64,000 bases of DNA from Gammaproteobacteria bacterium (GTDB lineage: Bacteria; Pseudomonadota; Gammaproteobacteria; GCA-001735895): positions 2,922,175-2,986,174 of the forward strand of contig CP070646.1 in NCBI GenBank assembly GCA_020354435.1, read 5' to 3'. A model generated the notes under the pieces. The model was given only the letters and a program-made list of their open reading frames with translations. It was not told the origin of the DNA and ran no database searches. Both the position numbers and the translations under genes were made by a program. The first letter of the stretch is position 1, and the number at the start of each line of letters is the position of its first letter. Shown piece by piece: positions 1 through 9,217 of the stretch.

Positions 1-498
1 GTGCGTCAGCAGCTGATCGCGCAGCAGCGGCTCGGCGAGCGCGATAGCTTCGCGTCCGGCGAAAAATTCTGCGTCTTTATCACGCGCGTTTTTCACCAGG
101 TCCTCGACCACGAGGTCGTCCTCGATTGCGTAGCTGTGCTGGAAGTTGCTGATCGAATCGACGCGAATCGCGAAAGGAATATGCCAGGCTTCGGCGGTCA
201 GGCGTTCGACCGCATCGAGGATCTGTGCCGAGAAGACCTGCTCGTCGCGCGGCTCGAATACAAACAGGAAATTGTCGTTTTTGGTGTAGGTGTCCTGCAG
301 GTTTTCGAAGGCTTGCAGCTCGGGATTCGCTTCCGAGAAAAACACGCGGTAGTTGGTCGAAAACTCGAGCTTGCCGGCACCGAAGCCCGCGCCGGCAGCG
401 AGTATCAGCGCCAGCAACAGCACCAGCCAACGGCGGCCGATGGCCGTCCGGGTTAATGCGGCAGCGAAGTTGTCTATTGCTTTGAAGTAATTACTCAT
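1..498 (-). CDS. RND-superfamily (MMPL-type) exporter, N-terminal part; the CDS runs off the window start
   Basis: The reverse-strand reading frame begins MSNYFKAIDNFAAALTRTAIGRRWLVLLLALILAAGAGFGAGKLEFSTNYRVFF, a TM1 followed by a periplasmic loop as in MMPL/HpnN-like exporters. There is no stop before position 1. It is absent from the ORF track because it is truncated. Confidence 0.55.
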   Translation of the reverse strand, partial: MSNYFKAIDNFAAALTRTAIGRRWLVLLLALILAAGAGFGAGKLEFSTNYRVFFSEANPELQAFENLQDTYTKNDNFLFVFEPRDEQVFSAQILDAVERLTAEAWHIPFAIRVDSISNFQHSYAIEDDLVVEDLVKNARDKDAEFFAGREAIALAEPLLRDQLLTH

Positions 499-557
499 CT
501 TTCTTTTCTCCATAGGTTTTATTTGTAACCATTCGGTTTAAAATTAGATAAAAAAAC

Positions 558-1157
558 TCAGGTCCAGGAATCGATCAAATTTTCAAGGTTATCGACGATT
601 TGAGTATCCGGCATGAAGCCTTTGACCATCGCCGCCGAGCCGGCGAACGCGATCATCAGCGAGACTGCGAGCTTTTGCGGATCGAGTTCGGCGCGGATCT
701 CATCGGCTGCCTGCGCCTGGACGATCATCGCCTGAATCGCCTGCAGCCGCTGTTCGCCGAATTTTTGCAGTAGTGCCTTCACCTCGGAATCGTGCGGTGC
801 CAGTTCCACCATCGAATTGATCATCATGCATCCCTTGTCGCTGCCAGCGTCGTCGCATATCTTCTTCACCACCGCGCGAATATTGGTTAGCGGCGAAGCG
901 GCGTCGGACACCACCGCGGTAGTTTCGCGAAACTCGATGTCGGCGTAGTTCTTCAGCGCTGCCATGAATAATTGATGCTTGTCACCGAACACGCGGTACA
1001 GGCTGGCCTTGTTCAGGCGGGTACATTCGGTAAGATCTGCGAGTGAGGTAGCCTCGTAACCCTTGCGCCAAAACGCCTCCATGGCCGCTTCGAGTACGGC
1101 GGCTTCGTCGAATTCCCGCGGTCTGCCGACCGGATTGCCTGTGGGTGTTTTTACCAT
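558..1157 (-). CDS. TetR/AcrR family transcriptional regulator
   Basis: N-terminal HTH region: AMEAFWRKGYEATSLADLTECTRLNKASLYRVFGDKHQLF. It is 199 aa and sits next to a transporter gene. Confidence 0.85.
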   Translation of the reverse strand: MVKTPTGNPVGRPREFDEAAVLEAAMEAFWRKGYEATSLADLTECTRLNKASLYRVFGDKHQLFMAALKNYADIEFRETTAVVSDAASPLTNIRAVVKKICDDAGSDKGCMMINSMVELAPHDSEVKALLQKFGEQRLQAIQAMIVQAQAADEIRAELDPQKLAVSLMIAFAGSAAMVKGFMPDTQIVDNLENLIDSWT

Positions 1158-1344
1158 GTTTCAACCAATTTAAAACCGAACGGTTGCAAATATAGCTCCA
1201 ATCGCTCGAATTGTAAACCCTTCGGTCTAAAAATATTTTTTTACCGCACCTGGTTTCGAATGGAACCCTTGAGGAAGTTCTTGCGTCCTTGCGGTCGAGA
1301 TTGCCCTGACAATAAATTTAAACAACGATCATGAGGAGCCTGAA

Positions 1345-1443
1345 ATGCTGGCAAATGCTATCGATCAGATGAAGATTGCCCTCGATGGCTGGAAAAACAT
1401 CGCCGTCAAAACCGACGACTTCGAAGTGTTGTTCGAGCGGTGA
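1345..1443 (+). CDS. hypothetical small protein (32 aa), speculative
   Basis: ATG is preceded by AGGAGCC with 6-7 nt spacing. Translation: MLANAIDQMKIALDGWKNIAVKTDDFEVLFER. It is below the ORF-track size cut-off. Confidence 0.2.
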   Translation: MLANAIDQMKIALDGWKNIAVKTDDFEVLFER

Positions 1444-1670
1444 GCCGGAATTCGTTCTGCGTGCGAACACAAGCAACTCCCGGTCTGCGGTCTGTGCGGC
1501 TGTCCGCTTGCGGCGAAACTGGGCGGCCGATGCCAGTTGCCCCGCCGGCCGCTGGTAACAGCATGGCCCTAAAGTAGGCAGGCTATGAATTTCTGAATCC
1601 ACCTGGAAGCGGATTCTGTCCCCAAAATGCCGCTGAACTGGGTTATCATAGCCACGATCGAGGCAATGAT

Positions 1671-2051
1671 ATGAGTAGCGACGAAATTAAATCACCCCGC
1701 ATCGATCACATTTCGTGGGGGCATATCGTGGTTGCCGGCCTTGGCAAAGGCAAGGATTTCAAGCTCTGGCCCGGCGGCGGCCGGGAATGGGACTGGCGTG
1801 AAACCGGCACGCGCCATGAGCCCGGCATTCAACCGGCGGATATCGAGGAATTGGTCGACCACGGATGCAGGGTAATCGTGTTGAGCCGCGGTATTTTACT
1901 GCATTTGCGCGTTTGCGAAGAGACGCTCGAACTGCTCGAGAAGCGCGAAATCCGCGTAATTGTCGCCGAAACCAAGGAAGCGGTCGAAATCTATAACGGC
2001 CTGGTAGAGGACGGCGAGACGGTTGGCGGCCTTTTCCATTCGACCTGCTGA
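1671..2051 (+). CDS. Mth938-like domain protein (DUF498)
   Basis: The 126-aa product is the right size and has the pattern of the Mth938-like fold: HISWGHIVVAG…GCRVIVLSRG…IRVIVAETKEAVEIYN. Confidence 0.55.
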   Translation: MSSDEIKSPRIDHISWGHIVVAGLGKGKDFKLWPGGGREWDWRETGTRHEPGIQPADIEELVDHGCRVIVLSRGILLHLRVCEETLELLEKREIRVIVAETKEAVEIYNGLVEDGETVGGLFHSTC

Positions 2052-2175
2052 TACCGTCGCGGAACCGGTCTACCGTGCTCGGCGTTATTGTCCGGAATTA
2101 AATCGAATCGAACGGTTGCCGGGGTACAATTGGACGATCGATTCAAGCGGTCGCCTGCGACCGGGGTAGAAAATC

Positions 2176-2628
2176 ATGTCTGAACCACGAAAAGCCCGCG
2201 CGATTGGTATTAACCATGTTGCCCTCGAAGTGGGCGATATCGACGAGGCGCTCGAATTTTACGGCGCCTGGCTCGATTTCGAGCTGCGCGGCCGTAGCGA
2301 TACGATGGCATTTATCGATCTCGGCGATCAATTCCTGAACTTTTCCACTGGCCGGCGCCAGGCGCCCGACGACGAACGCCATTTCGGTCTGGTGGTCGAC
2401 GATCGCCAGTCGATCCTCGACAAGCTCGAGCAAATGGGAATTCCGCTGCTGCCCGGTCCGTTCAAGGATTTTCTCGATCCCTGGGGCAATCGTATCGAAC
2501 TGGTTGACTACGCTACGATTCAATTTTCGAAGGCGCCCAACGTGTTGCGCGGTATGGGCCTCGAAGGTCTCGAGAAAAATCACGAAGCCCTCGCCGAACT
2601 CGCCGAAAAGGGCATGGGGCCGGATTAG
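2176..2628 (+). CDS. VOC (glyoxalase/bleomycin-resistance/dioxygenase) family protein
   Basis: INHVALEVGDIDEALEFYGAWLDFEL…HFGLVVDD…PWGNRIELVDY is typical of the VOC family. Confidence 0.8.
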   Translation: MSEPRKARAIGINHVALEVGDIDEALEFYGAWLDFELRGRSDTMAFIDLGDQFLNFSTGRRQAPDDERHFGLVVDDRQSILDKLEQMGIPLLPGPFKDFLDPWGNRIELVDYATIQFSKAPNVLRGMGLEGLEKNHEALAELAEKGMGPD

Positions 2629-2652
2629 CAGTCACGCCCGCGTCGGCGCGGT

Positions 2653-3129
2653 TTACTTTTGTATGATTCTGAGTTGGTCCTCGCCGCGCAAAATGGTTTT
2701 GTCGTAAGTTTCGGCTTTTAGACGGAAGGTGTAGGTTCCCGGGTTAACCCGGAAGCCGGTGGTGCGCACGTCACAGAGCAGATCGAGGTGACCATCGTTA
2801 TTGATATCGACCTGTTTGCAAAGACTTTTATCGGACTTGCCGACCAGCATTACGTCGATTCCCTCGAGCCTGATCGTACGCGGATTGATGGAGACGACGT
2901 CAAGTGTGGGCGAGCCCAGGATCGCTACCGGAATCACGCGCCCGGCATTCGTGGTTATGGTGTTGATTTCGCTTTCAGGCTTGATATCGATCTGCATCGA
3001 TGACGATGGATCTCCGCCAAACAATCTGCTCGATTGGGCGATTTGTGAATCCTCCGACGCGACCGATGGGGACGCATTGCCACAAATCCATACTAAAAAA
3101 ATCAAACCGGCTTTTAACTGTACTTTCAT
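2653..3129 (-). CDS. secreted protein with an FG-GAP/EF-hand-like calcium-binding loop
   Basis: Signal peptide MKVQLKAGLIFLVWICGNASPSVAS, and a DINNDGHLDLLCD loop. The start was moved to the internal Met (codon 9 of the track ORF 2653..3153). Confidence 0.5.
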   Translation of the reverse strand: MKVQLKAGLIFLVWICGNASPSVASEDSQIAQSSRLFGGDPSSSMQIDIKPESEINTITTNAGRVIPVAILGSPTLDVVSINPRTIRLEGIDVMLVGKSDKSLCKQVDINNDGHLDLLCDVRTTGFRVNPGTYTFRLKAETYDKTILRGEDQLRIIQK

Positions 3130-3282
3130 TTGTCTCTGCTGTTCAGTGATCACGCCATTTTACCTTCTAATTCAGTAATTGTGGTCCCCGATGCGGATCT
3201 CAATGCCGGCAACTACGGCTACCGCATTCATCTTGTGAAACAGGTATACTATTTTTAACAAGCCAGGAATATATAGAAAATC

Positions 3283-3753
3283 ATGTTTAAACTGATCCGT
3301 TTCCTGATCACGCATGCAATCGCGCTCGCTATCGGCTTTGCGCTAGGCGTTTACCTGCTGCCGATACTGGTGGCGCCGCAGGCGCCGAGCGATTTCGAGG
3401 TCAGCAGTAACTCGCAGGGTGCCATTTTCAGCGGCAGGTTTACGCGTGATTTACCGGGCAGCGATTTTCTGCACTGGGGCGAGGGCGATGTTTCGATCAC
3501 ACCGAGCCACATCACTTTCATGGGATCGATCGCTCCCGGCCCGGACTACCGGCTGTACCTGACGCGCGAGCTGGTGCGCAGCGAGGCCGAGTTTTTACCG
3601 GTTAAAGACGATTCCGCGCAGGTCGGCCCGGTCAAGACCTTCGACAATTTCATCCTGCAAATACCGCCCGGGGTCAATCCCGCTGATTACAAGGCAGTCG
3701 TCGTCTGGTGCGAATCTTTCGGCGAGTTCATCACCGCCACCGCTTACCAGTAA
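3283..3753 (+). CDS. membrane-anchored DM13-domain protein
   Basis: N-terminal TM helix. GRFTRDLPGSDFLHWGEGDV…APGPDYRLYL matches the DM13 domain signature. Confidence 0.5.
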   Translation: MFKLIRFLITHAIALAIGFALGVYLLPILVAPQAPSDFEVSSNSQGAIFSGRFTRDLPGSDFLHWGEGDVSITPSHITFMGSIAPGPDYRLYLTRELVRSEAEFLPVKDDSAQVGPVKTFDNFILQIPPGVNPADYKAVVVWCESFGEFITATAYQ

Positions 3754-3947
3754 AACCCGGGGACAGTTTACTCTTTTTAGACGAAAAACCGGGGACAGTT
3801 TACTCTTTTTACAATACCCGCTCTGCCCGGTGGGGCAAGTCCCCTGCGTTTGCGCGCGAAGTACAGGTGATACCGGGGAGTGATGTCTGGAAAAAAGTAA
3901 ACTGTCCCCGAGTTTTTATAAATTAGTAAACTGTCCCCGGGTTATTT
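3752..3947. repeat. REP/MITE-like element: two direct plus two inverted copies of AAAACCGGGGACAGTTTACTCTTTTTA, forming a nested ~190-bp hairpin
   Basis: Copies at about 3752-3780 and 3784-3811 in the forward orientation, and at 3891-3918 and 3923-3947 in the inverted orientation. The same core recurs at 56189-56285 and in part near 12140. Confidence 0.8.
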
Positions 3948-3962
3948 GAAGGAGAATGATAT

Positions 3963-4358
3963 ATGGCTACCGTTCCGCTGATCGAATACGAAGACGCGTC
4001 CGCCGGGGTTCGCGCCGTCTATGACGATATCAAGGAAGTCAGGCAAACCGATTTCATCAACAATTTCTGGAAAGGGTTGGCGAACAATCCCGCGCAACTG
4101 AGGCGGACCTGGAAGCAGATCAAGGCGGTGATGGCGCCGGGTGCGCTCGATCCGCTGACCAAGGAAATGATTTATGTCGCCGTGTCGGTCGCCAATTCCT
4201 GCGAATACTGTATCCATTCGCATGCGGCCGCCGCCCGCGCCAGGAGCATGACCGAGGAACAGTTCGGCGATTTGCCCGCCGTGATCGGTCTGGCGCACCA
4301 CACCAACGGCCTGGTCAGCACGCTGCAGCTCGAGGTCGACGACGCTTTCAAGGTTTGA
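3963..4358 (+). CDS. carboxymuconolactone decarboxylase family protein (AhpD-like)
   Basis: The CEYCIHSH motif, a 131-aa length, and the AhpD-like alkylhydroperoxidase core. Confidence 0.8.
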   Translation: MATVPLIEYEDASAGVRAVYDDIKEVRQTDFINNFWKGLANNPAQLRRTWKQIKAVMAPGALDPLTKEMIYVAVSVANSCEYCIHSHAAAARARSMTEEQFGDLPAVIGLAHHTNGLVSTLQLEVDDAFKV

Positions 4359-4492
4359 TAACAGTGAACGGGTAGCAGGGGCGTGCTACCTTTTTCCGTT
4401 TGCGGACAAAAACGTGGCCCGTTCGGGCCCTCGCGCGGTAGAATTTCGTCACGCAGCTGCGCTGGAATCCATAACGAAAGTCGACCGATAAC

Positions 4493-5857
4493 ATGAAGCT
4501 TAGTTTGAAGGGTGTTTTTGGCCTGGTGCTGGCGCTTGCGCTGGCGATAGTGGTCGCCGTCGTAATGGTGAAGAACAAATCGCCGCTGGAACACGTCGCC
4601 GCCGAGATGCCGAGACGCGCGGTCGAGGTTATTGCCGCGCGCCAGATACCATTCCGTACCCGTATCACGGCCTATGGCAATGTCGAACCTGCGATCACGC
4701 TCAACAGCATGGCCGAGGTCAGCGGCAAGATCAGTTATGTGCATCCCAATCTCAAGGCCGGCGAAACCATCCCTGCGGGCACGTTGGTGGTGCGCATCGA
4801 CGCCGAGGACTATGCCCGTTCGCTGCAGCAAACGCGCGAGGATTTGAAGGCGAGCCGTTCGGCACTGGCCGAGCTCGAGTCTGAGCAGGAATCGACGCGG
4901 CGTTCGCTCGAACTCGCGCGCAAGAATCTCGAAGTCGGCGAAGCCGAGCTTTCGCGCGTACGCGACGTATACCAGAAGCAGCTGGTGGCCAAGTCGACGC
5001 TCGATGCCGAGGAGCAGAAAGTCATTCAGCTGCGGCAGCAGGTCCAGGACCTGCAGGGAAGGCTGGACGGTTACCGCAGCCGCCGACAATCCACCCAGGC
5101 CCAGATCGCGCGCGCCGAGCAGGAGGTACAAAGTCGCGCAACCATTCTCGGCCGTACCGAAATTACGCTGCCGTTCGATGCGCGCATTGGCACGGTCAAT
5201 ATCGATCAGAATGAATTCGTTGCCGTCGGCGCGCCATTGTTCGAGGCGATCGATCTCAAGGGGGTAGAGATCCGCGCGCAGTTGCCGCTCGAGTCGATGC
5301 GCAACCTGGTCAGTCATCTCGAGAATAGCGTGGCATTGAACCGGCAGTTCGTGCAGACCGGTGGACGCATCAACGAAAGCCTGGGCCTGTCCGCGCGCGT
5401 CAGGCTCGTCAGCGATCTGCCGGAGGCAGTCTGGGAAGCGCGCGTGCTGCGCATCAGCGAGGCGATCGACGCCACGCGGCAGACGCTCGGCGTCGTCGTC
5501 GGTGTCGACGATCCTTACGAAAAGATCATTCCGGGCCGCCGGCCGCCGCTGTTGAAGGGTATGTTTACCGCGGTCGATCTGCTCGCGCCGGAGCGATCGG
5601 CATTGGTGATTCCGCGCAAGACCGTGCACGCGGGTCGCGTTTATATCGCCAACGGCGAAGATCGGCTGGAAATCCGACCGATCGAAATACAGCTCGTCCA
5701 GGGCGACCTGGTGGTGGTGCGCGGCGGTATCGAGGTCGATGAGCGCATCATCGTCACCGACCTGACGCCGGTGATCGAGGGCATGCCGCTCGAAGTCCGA
5801 TCGGCGCCGGCGATCGAGGACAGTCTGCGCCGGCGCGCGCTCGGAGCCGACCAATGA
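4493..5857 (+). CDS. efflux RND transporter periplasmic adaptor subunit (HlyD/MFP family)
   Basis: N-terminal TM anchor, a long coiled-coil, and barrel-sandwich motifs. Its ATGA overlaps the downstream RND permease. Confidence 0.8.
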   Translation: MKLSLKGVFGLVLALALAIVVAVVMVKNKSPLEHVAAEMPRRAVEVIAARQIPFRTRITAYGNVEPAITLNSMAEVSGKISYVHPNLKAGETIPAGTLVVRIDAEDYARSLQQTREDLKASRSALAELESEQESTRRSLELARKNLEVGEAELSRVRDVYQKQLVAKSTLDAEEQKVIQLRQQVQDLQGRLDGYRSRRQSTQAQIARAEQEVQSRATILGRTEITLPFDARIGTVNIDQNEFVAVGAPLFEAIDLKGVEIRAQLPLESMRNLVSHLENSVALNRQFVQTGGRINESLGLSARVRLVSDLPEAVWEARVLRISEAIDATRQTLGVVVGVDDPYEKIIPGRRPPLLKGMFTAVDLLAPERSALVIPRKTVHAGRVYIANGEDRLEIRPIEIQLVQGDLVVVRGGIEVDERIIVTDLTPVIEGMPLEVRSAPAIEDSLRRRALGADQ

Positions 5858-8800
5858 TTCGCTATTTTGCGGCGCATCCCACGGTCGCAAATATCCTGAT
5901 GTTCATCATTCTGCTGCTCGGCATTGCCGCGCTGCCAGGGCTGAACAAGGAAACCTTTCCCGAGATCCAGCTGTACAAGGTACAGGTCACGGTCAACTAT
6001 CCGGGCGCTAATGCTTCGGAGGTCGAGGAAGGCATCTGCAACCGGCTCGAGGACGCAACCGACGGTATCAGTTTTTTGAAGGAGCGCAGCTGCGAGGCGC
6101 GCGACAACTTCGGCACCATGGTGCTCGAAATGCAGGAAGATCAGGATCTGCAGCAATTCATCGACGACATCAATTCGGCGGTCGACGGTATCACCGATTT
6201 TCCGGACGACGCCGAGGACCCGCTGATCGACGAGCTCGGCCGTACCTCGGCGGTGGTAAGCGTCGCGATTAACGCGAACCTGTCACAGCCGGAACTGAAG
6301 GCGCTGGCGGAACATTACCGTTACCGCCTGCTGGCAATGCCGGAAATCCCGATGGTCGACGTCAGCGGCTTTTCGACACACGAGTACAGCGTGCTGGTCA
6401 AGGCTGAAACCCTGCGCCTTTATCGGCTCAGTATCCAGGATATCGCCAACCTGATCCGGCAGCAGGCGGTGGATCTGCCAGCGGGTACGCTCGATGCCGA
6501 CCAGCGGTCGTACCAGATCCGCGTCGAAAACGAACGCCGCAGTGTCGAGGAACTCGCCGATCTCGTGGTCTTGCACGACGAACGGGGCGGACGCCTGCGG
6601 CTCGGCGAAATCGCCACCATCACCGATGATTTCACCGACGAGGAAGTACGCGTCGAACTCGATGGTCGGCCGGCGGCGTTGCTGCAGGTCAGGAAAAACA
6701 CCGGCGACGATACGCTGACCGTCTACAACGCGGTACAGGCCTTCATCGATGCCGAAAACGCGGTGCTGCCGGAATCGACGCGGCTCGTGATCACGCAGGA
6801 TACGGCCTCGATCGTCGACGACCGGCTGCGTTTGCTGATCCGCAACGGCTGGCAGGGTTTGTCGCTGGCGACCCTGACCCTGTTCCTGTTCTTTAGCTGG
6901 CGTTATACCTTCTGGGTAGCGTTGGGTCTGCCGATCTCGTTCATCGGCGGGCTCATGGTCATGAGCCTGATCGGCATCACCATCAACATGATTTCGATGG
7001 TCGCGCTGTTGATGGCGATCGGTATCCTGATGGACGATGCCATCGTCATTTCCGAGAGTATCGAAAACGAGTATCGTTCCGGCAAGCCACCGCTGGAGGC
7101 CGCCGTCGCCGGTATCAGCCGGGTCGGCCGCGGCGTGCTGTCGTCGTTCGCGACCTCGGCCATGCTGTTCGGCAGCCTGCTGTTTTTGAAGGGCCACATC
7201 GGCCAGGTCATGGGCGTGTTGCCGGTGGTGCTGCTGTCGGTGCTGACGATCAGCCTGGTGGAAGCGTTTCTGATACTGCCGCACCACCTGGTGCACTCGC
7301 TGAAGAATCGCGCACTGCTGGACAAACCCGGCTGGCGCGATGCTTTCGAAGACCGCTTCGAGCGCCTTCGTGCCAGGGTCGGCAGTTTCGCCGATCTTGC
7401 GATCGACTATCGTTACCTGACCGTTGGCGTAGCGGTTGGCATATTCGTAGTTACCGTGAGCCTGTTCCCGGCCGGCCTGATCAAGTTCAAGGCGTTTCCC
7501 GATCTCGAGGGCAATGTGCTCGAGGCGCGTATCATCATGCCGCAGGGCACGCCGTTCGAGCGCACCGAGGCGGTCGTCAGCGAGCTGATCGCAAGCCTGC
7601 GCGAGGCCGAGCGGCAGTTACCGCCGGAACCGGAGGGTGAGCTGATTCGGCATGTGCAGGTGTTTTACAGCCACAACGCCGACGCCGGCGAGTCCGGCGC
7701 ACATCTCGCCACGATCAGTCTCGATTTACTCGATTCGGAACGGCGCAATACGTCGCTCAACGAACTGCGGCGGCGCTGGCTCGAGGCCACCGGTTCGATC
7801 TCCGACGCGGTATCGGTGCAGTTCAAGGAGCCGGTACTGGGGCCGGCGGGGCAGGCGATCTCGATCCGCCTGCAGCATGATGACCTGCAGCAATTGTCGA
7901 ACGCGTCGTGGGAGTTGCAGACCTGGCTCAACGGCTATCCCGGTGTTTCCAACGTGATGGACGATCTGCGGCTCGGCAAACCGCAGTTCAGCGTCAGCCT
8001 GCTGCCCGGCTCGCTGGTGTCGGGATTGAATGCCGAGCAACTCGCGCAACAGCTACGTGCCGCTTACCAGGGGGTCAAGGTCGACGACGTCTACAGCGGC
8101 CGCGAAGCCTATGAAATCAACGTCAGGCTCGACACCGATCGCGAAAACGCGTTGCGCGATTTCGAACAATTGAGCCTGTTCAACAACCAGGGCGTCGATA
8201 TCCCGCTGTCGGCAATCGCCGAGATCGATGAGAAGCGGGAATTTTCGCGTATCAACCGCATCAATCATCAGCGAACAGTCACGATAAATGGCGACATCGA
8301 CCCGGATATCGCCAACACCAACGAAATTATCGGCGATACCCGCGAGCGATTTCTCAGTGGTCTGCAGCAGCGTTACCCTGGCATGTTCATCAGCCTCGAG
8401 GGCGAGGTCAAGAACGCGCGCGAGACCAACCAGTCGATCCTGTTGGGATTCGTGCTCGGGATTTTCGGCGTCTATTTTCTGCTCAGTTTCCAGTTCCGCA
8501 ATTACCGCGAACCGCTGGTGGTGTTGATGAATATTCCGCTGGCGTTGATCGGCGTGGTCTGGGGACACAAGCTGATGGGTCTCGACATCACGATGCCGAG
8601 CATGATCGGATTCGTTTCGCTGGCCGGCGTGGTCGTCAACGATTCGATCCTGCTGGTCGAGTTCGTCAAGCGCCGCAGCCTCGAGGGTATGACGCTGCAC
8701 AACGCCGCCGGCCAGGCCGTACGCGATCGCTTCCGCGCGGTCTTCCTGACCTCGGTGACGACCATCGCCGGCATGCTGCCGCTGTTGTCGGAGACGAGCC

Positions 8801-8970
8801 TGCAGGCACAGGTACTGATACCGTTGGTGGCAAGCGTCGTTTTCGGCATGATTTCGTCGACGCTGCTGCTGTTGCTGGTTTTGCCGGCCGCCTATGCGAT
8901 CATGGAAGACTTCGGCATCCGCGAAATCGACGAAGACGAGATGAGCTTCATCGAAAGCGGCAGAACCTGA
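5854..8970 (+). CDS. RND efflux transporter permease (AcrB/HAE family)
   Basis: 1038 aa, 12-TM architecture, and an N-terminal MIRYFAAHPTVANILMFIILLLGIAALPGL. No outer-membrane factor gene is adjacent. Confidence 0.9.
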   Translation: MIRYFAAHPTVANILMFIILLLGIAALPGLNKETFPEIQLYKVQVTVNYPGANASEVEEGICNRLEDATDGISFLKERSCEARDNFGTMVLEMQEDQDLQQFIDDINSAVDGITDFPDDAEDPLIDELGRTSAVVSVAINANLSQPELKALAEHYRYRLLAMPEIPMVDVSGFSTHEYSVLVKAETLRLYRLSIQDIANLIRQQAVDLPAGTLDADQRSYQIRVENERRSVEELADLVVLHDERGGRLRLGEIATITDDFTDEEVRVELDGRPAALLQVRKNTGDDTLTVYNAVQAFIDAENAVLPESTRLVITQDTASIVDDRLRLLIRNGWQGLSLATLTLFLFFSWRYTFWVALGLPISFIGGLMVMSLIGITINMISMVALLMAIGILMDDAIVISESIENEYRSGKPPLEAAVAGISRVGRGVLSSFATSAMLFGSLLFLKGHIGQVMGVLPVVLLSVLTISLVEAFLILPHHLVHSLKNRALLDKPGWRDAFEDRFERLRARVGSFADLAIDYRYLTVGVAVGIFVVTVSLFPAGLIKFKAFPDLEGNVLEARIIMPQGTPFERTEAVVSELIASLREAERQLPPEPEGELIRHVQVFYSHNADAGESGAHLATISLDLLDSERRNTSLNELRRRWLEATGSISDAVSVQFKEPVLGPAGQAISIRLQHDDLQQLSNASWELQTWLNGYPGVSNVMDDLRLGKPQFSVSLLPGSLVSGLNAEQLAQQLRAAYQGVKVDDVYSGREAYEINVRLDTDRENALRDFEQLSLFNNQGVDIPLSAIAEIDEKREFSRINRINHQRTVTINGDIDPDIANTNEIIGDTRERFLSGLQQRYPGMFISLEGEVKNARETNQSILLGFVLGIFGVYFLLSFQFRNYREPLVVLMNIPLALIGVVWGHKLMGLDITMPSMIGFVSLAGVVVNDSILLVEFVKRRSLEGMTLHNAAGQAVRDRFRAVFLTSVTTIAGMLPLLSETSLQAQVLIPLVASVVFGMISSTLLLLLVLPAAYAIMEDFGIREIDEDEMSFIESGRT

Positions 8971-9020
8971 GTACCGTTGCCTCATTCCCTATATTTACGG
9001 TCACTCCGGTCTTTCCGTCA

Positions 9021-9046
9021 TGTCATCCCCGCGCAAGCGGGGATCT
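9021..9046 (+). repeat. REP-like palindromic element TGTCATCCCCGCGCAAGCGGGGATCT (copy 1 of 5)
   Basis: An 8-bp stem (ATCCCCGC/GCGGGGAT) with a GCAA loop. Other copies are at 28334-28359, 43800-43825, 49955-49980 and 50034-50059, all in the same orientation. Confidence 0.85.
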
Positions 9047-9217
9047 TCCAGCGATCGCTCCACAGTGGCGCCTCGGACCCCGAGCCGGGGCCCATTTTTG
9101 CAAACCAGCATAAATCGCAAGTTGGACGATACACAAGACAGATACCATTCGGGGCAATGATTATCGCGTGATTGAGTAATTGATGCCGGCTCGGCGGCCG
9201 GCAAGACAACAGCTGCG

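Noticed and set aside
4172-5890. A 572-aa ORF on the minus strand opposite the RND adaptor gene, with similar long antisense ORFs at 6283-7296, 8053-8985, 19467-20666, 33549-34607, 51220-51972, 52289-53716, 58206-59069 and 62979-63722
   Set aside because: Long open antisense frames are expected in ~60% GC DNA. Their products are low-complexity (Arg, Ala, Pro and Gly rich) and have no domains. Each is fully overlapped by a well-supported gene on the other strand.
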